DNA of 63,507 bases, the filler included, from Vannella sp. (Eukaryota), in NCBI GenBank assembly GCA_023345925.1. It is 9 parts of 9 records of this genome, joined end to end, with 100 filler letters (N's around TTAATTAATTAA, not from the genome) between each part and the next. Parts side by side here need not be neighbours in the genome. Positions count along the whole stretch, not along the records: positions 59,218 to 63,507 come from JAJQQN010000530.1; 8 more parts are not named here. One strand, given 5' to 3'. This document shows, piece by piece, positions 61,151-63,507 of the stretch (within the stretch, counting starts at the first letter, position 1; each line of letters starts with the position of its first letter). The position numbers and the translations under genes were made by a program. Under the pieces are notes generated by a model. The model made no database searches. It was not told the origin of the DNA and saw only the letters and a program-made list of their open reading frames with translations.

Positions 61151-62991
61151 ATGGGAAAGGGATACTGCAAGCAGTGCTCCAAAGATGTGAGCTTGATAGA
61201 GGATGAAGGGGAGTCCTGTTGTATGGAGTGTGGAACGGTCGTAGCAGAGAACCGATCAGTGGAGACGGTGGAGTTCACTGAGAGTGGAGGAGGCTTCTCC
61301 GTGGTTGGAACCCGCGTAGATCAATTCGGTTCTGCTTTTGGAAGATCTTCGATGCATACAGCAGTGGGCTACTCCCGCGCATCCTCTGAGCAAACAGTAA
61401 ACAAAGGTACAACCTCTCTCCTCCCTTGTGCCGTTCGCTCATCCCTTTCTTAGCCCGGATAAACATCGAAGAGGTCGTACACAACCTTAAGATGCCCAAC
61501 CAGATCGTTGCTAGCGCCACACGCCTGTACAAACTCGCTCTCATGGCCAACTTCACGCGGGGACGAAGAACCAACAACACAGTAGCTGCTGTCGTCTACG
61601 CTACTTGTCGCTTGTTCACCCCACGTCCACGTACGCTCCCTTTCCACTCCCAGAGGCTCACTAACCCTGCCTTAGTGCCGTACATGCTCATTGACTTGGC
61701 AGATTACTTCCAAGTGAACGTGTTTGAGCTTGGTCACACGTTCCTGCGCCTTAGTGATACATTAGCACTGAAGCTGCCGTTGATTGACCCCTCCATTTAC
61801 GTTCCCCGGTTCGCCCGCGACCTCAAATTGGGCGGGAAACAGCACAAAGTCTCTCAATGTGCTGTCCGACTGGTTGCTAGGATGAAGAGAGATTGGATTG
61901 TCATCGGAAGGCGTCCTGGAGGTATCAGCGGAGCTTGCCTTCTCATAGCGTGTCGGTTGTTTGGTTTCAAACGGTCTCTGGAAGAGATCTCGGCTTTGGT
62001 TCATCTCTCTGTCTCTACCATTCGAAAGCGTCTTTCTGAGTTCCGGGATACCGAAGCTTGCAAGCTCACCTCTGCCGAGTTTGACTCCATTCTAGACTTT
62101 GACGATATTGAAGCGAGTGATCCTCCTTGCTTCACTCGCTCACGCAAAGAGGCGGAGAAGGTAGGAAGATTGTCGTTTAAAAGAAACTTCTAATAGGGTA
62201 GTAGATGAGAACTCAGCCTATTCTGACTGCAGAGGAAATTGAGTTCCGAGTGACTGAGGCAATGGGATTCTTATCGGAGCAGGAGATGGATTCTATTGCT
62301 TCCAGTCATCTGGCACCAGCCAATGAACGTCGAGAGGAGATTCTGGCGAATTCTGAGGGTCCAGTTACTCCTCAGAAGGTGGCCAGACTCTCTTCTCTCC
62401 ATCGGCAACCTCAGCAGCTCCTCAAAGAAGAGATTTGGGAAGAGGAAGGTATCGACGATAGTGACCAACTCCTGTTTGGAGAGGATTTGGTGGAAGAGGA
62501 AGACGGAGAAGCAAAGAAGGAAGTGATTGAGGACACTCTATCCGACTTGGACGACGACGAAATTGAAGATCTCATCAACGACGACCACGAAGTCCGTCTC
62601 AATGAGATGATTTGGGACAAGCTCTATCACGATTGGGAAGAGGAGCAAGTTGGTATGTGCCTTTATCATTCCATCCAGACTTCTCACAAAAAGTCCAGCC
62701 AAGGCGGATGCTGAGCCGGAATTGGCTACCCCTCGGACTGCCACTCCTAAAAAGCGCGAAAAGAAGGAGGCAGAGTCTCCAGCTGCTGCTGTCTCTGCTG
62801 CACTGGAAAGGAGGATGGTATCCACCAAAATCAATCAGGAAGCTATTGAACGACTTGTCCAGTCCTCTCTTGAGGTATACTATCCCTCTCCGTCATTTTT
62901 CTTGCTCAACTGACCTTTGTAGAACTCTCGACCCTCCAATCCGCTCCTCAACTTTATCAAATCCTCTCCAGCTAGCCAGCCAACTTCCTGA
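61151..62991 (+). CDS. BRF1: TFIIIB subunit BRF1 (about 6 exons)
   Basis: Zn ribbon CKQC...CMECGTV, NFTRGRRT, LIDPSIYVPRFA, RMKRDWIVIGRRPGGISGA, DPPCF, LSDLDDDEIE and STKIN. Confidence 0.95.
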
Positions 62992-63029
62992 GACTAAATC
63001 TCCACTTTTATATGACTGTGCTGTGAGTT

Positions 63030-63507
63030 CTACCTCCTCCAACCGACCCTCTTACAAGTGGAAGATCGATCTGAAGGACCTCTTCGATGCCTGGCTGTCC
63101 TCTCTGATGGAGTGATCCTCATCAACTCGCAAACAAGGACCTCAGTTCCTCCTGGATTTCTTTTGTGGCGGCTCTGTTTCAGTTGGAGTCTGGCTGCCGG
63201 ACCATTTTCCTCTTCATTGATGGAGCTTCGCGAAGACTTGTTTTCTTCTTCTTTGCTTTTCTTCTCTTTTTTGGAGTAGACTCTTCTTTTTTGGATCCTT
63301 AAAGGAACAAACTCCGTTTGTGGATCAACCAAACAGATAAGATGAGATGTGGAAGGAGTTTGAGGATCAACCAAACAGATAAGCTCCGAGTTCTTCTCTG
63401 ATGAAACCAAGTTCGAGATAACTTTGGGAAGGCCTTTGGTTTGAATGGGATCAAAAGCAGCAAGTACAGACGCAATGAACGGATCACAGATCGCCAGGTC
63501 TCCATCT
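63030..63507 (-). CDS. 3' part of an unknown gene with a duplicated LICLVDPQT segment
   Basis: Open frame 63030-63410 containing a direct repeat (ggatcaaccaaacagataag) with 42-nt spacing and a K/E-rich stretch; no recognisable family. Confidence 0.3.
   Translation of the reverse strand, partial: DGDLAICDPFIASVLAAFDPIQTKGLPKVISNLVSSEKNSELICLVDPQTPSTSHLICLVDPQTEFVPLRIQKRRVYSKKEKKSKEEENKSSRSSINEEENGPAARLQLKQSRHKRNPGGTEVLVCELMRITPSERTARHRRGPSDRSSTCKRVGWRR

Overview
Eukaryotic nuclear DNA from a very gene-dense protist. The gene content suggests an amoebozoan-like organism, but that is inference only. The window is not continuous: nine contigs are joined by artificial 100-nt N-TTAATTAATTAA-N spacers, so adjacency across a spacer means nothing. 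It holds about 30 protein genes, many with short (about 40-75 nt) GT-AG introns. Housekeeping genes: KIN17, RalGAP-beta, CDC48/p97, Nup214-like, Nopp140/SRP40, DCC1, NOP53, GPD2, SSU72, MTRFR/C12orf65, BRF1, MsrA, AGPAT and a PHPT1-like gene. Signalling and regulatory genes: a Ral-like GTPase, LRR-PP2C, C2-LRR, ENTH and a Myb/LCL factor. There are also three putative GPI-anchored surface proteins and lineage-expanded families with decaying copies (RCC1 repeats, ankyrins, a Crinkler-type NTPase+nuclease). No rRNA, tRNA, CRISPR array or intact transposon was recognised. The most interesting signals are: (1) a recurrent intron architecture in which a hairpin puts the branch-point motif in or at the edge of its loop and pairs off the branch-to-AG segment; (2) a predicted mitochondrial protein with five ~70-aa W-containing repeats and a RAP/Vsr-like nuclease domain; (3) a Crinkler-like SAM-NTPase-REase locus with a tandem decayed copy of its header; (4) a plant REVEILLE8/LCL-type Myb and a Ral-like GTPase in this protist; (5) an orphan radical-SAM motif abutting an antiporter. 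Exon boundaries were inferred by eye and need RNA-seq confirmation.
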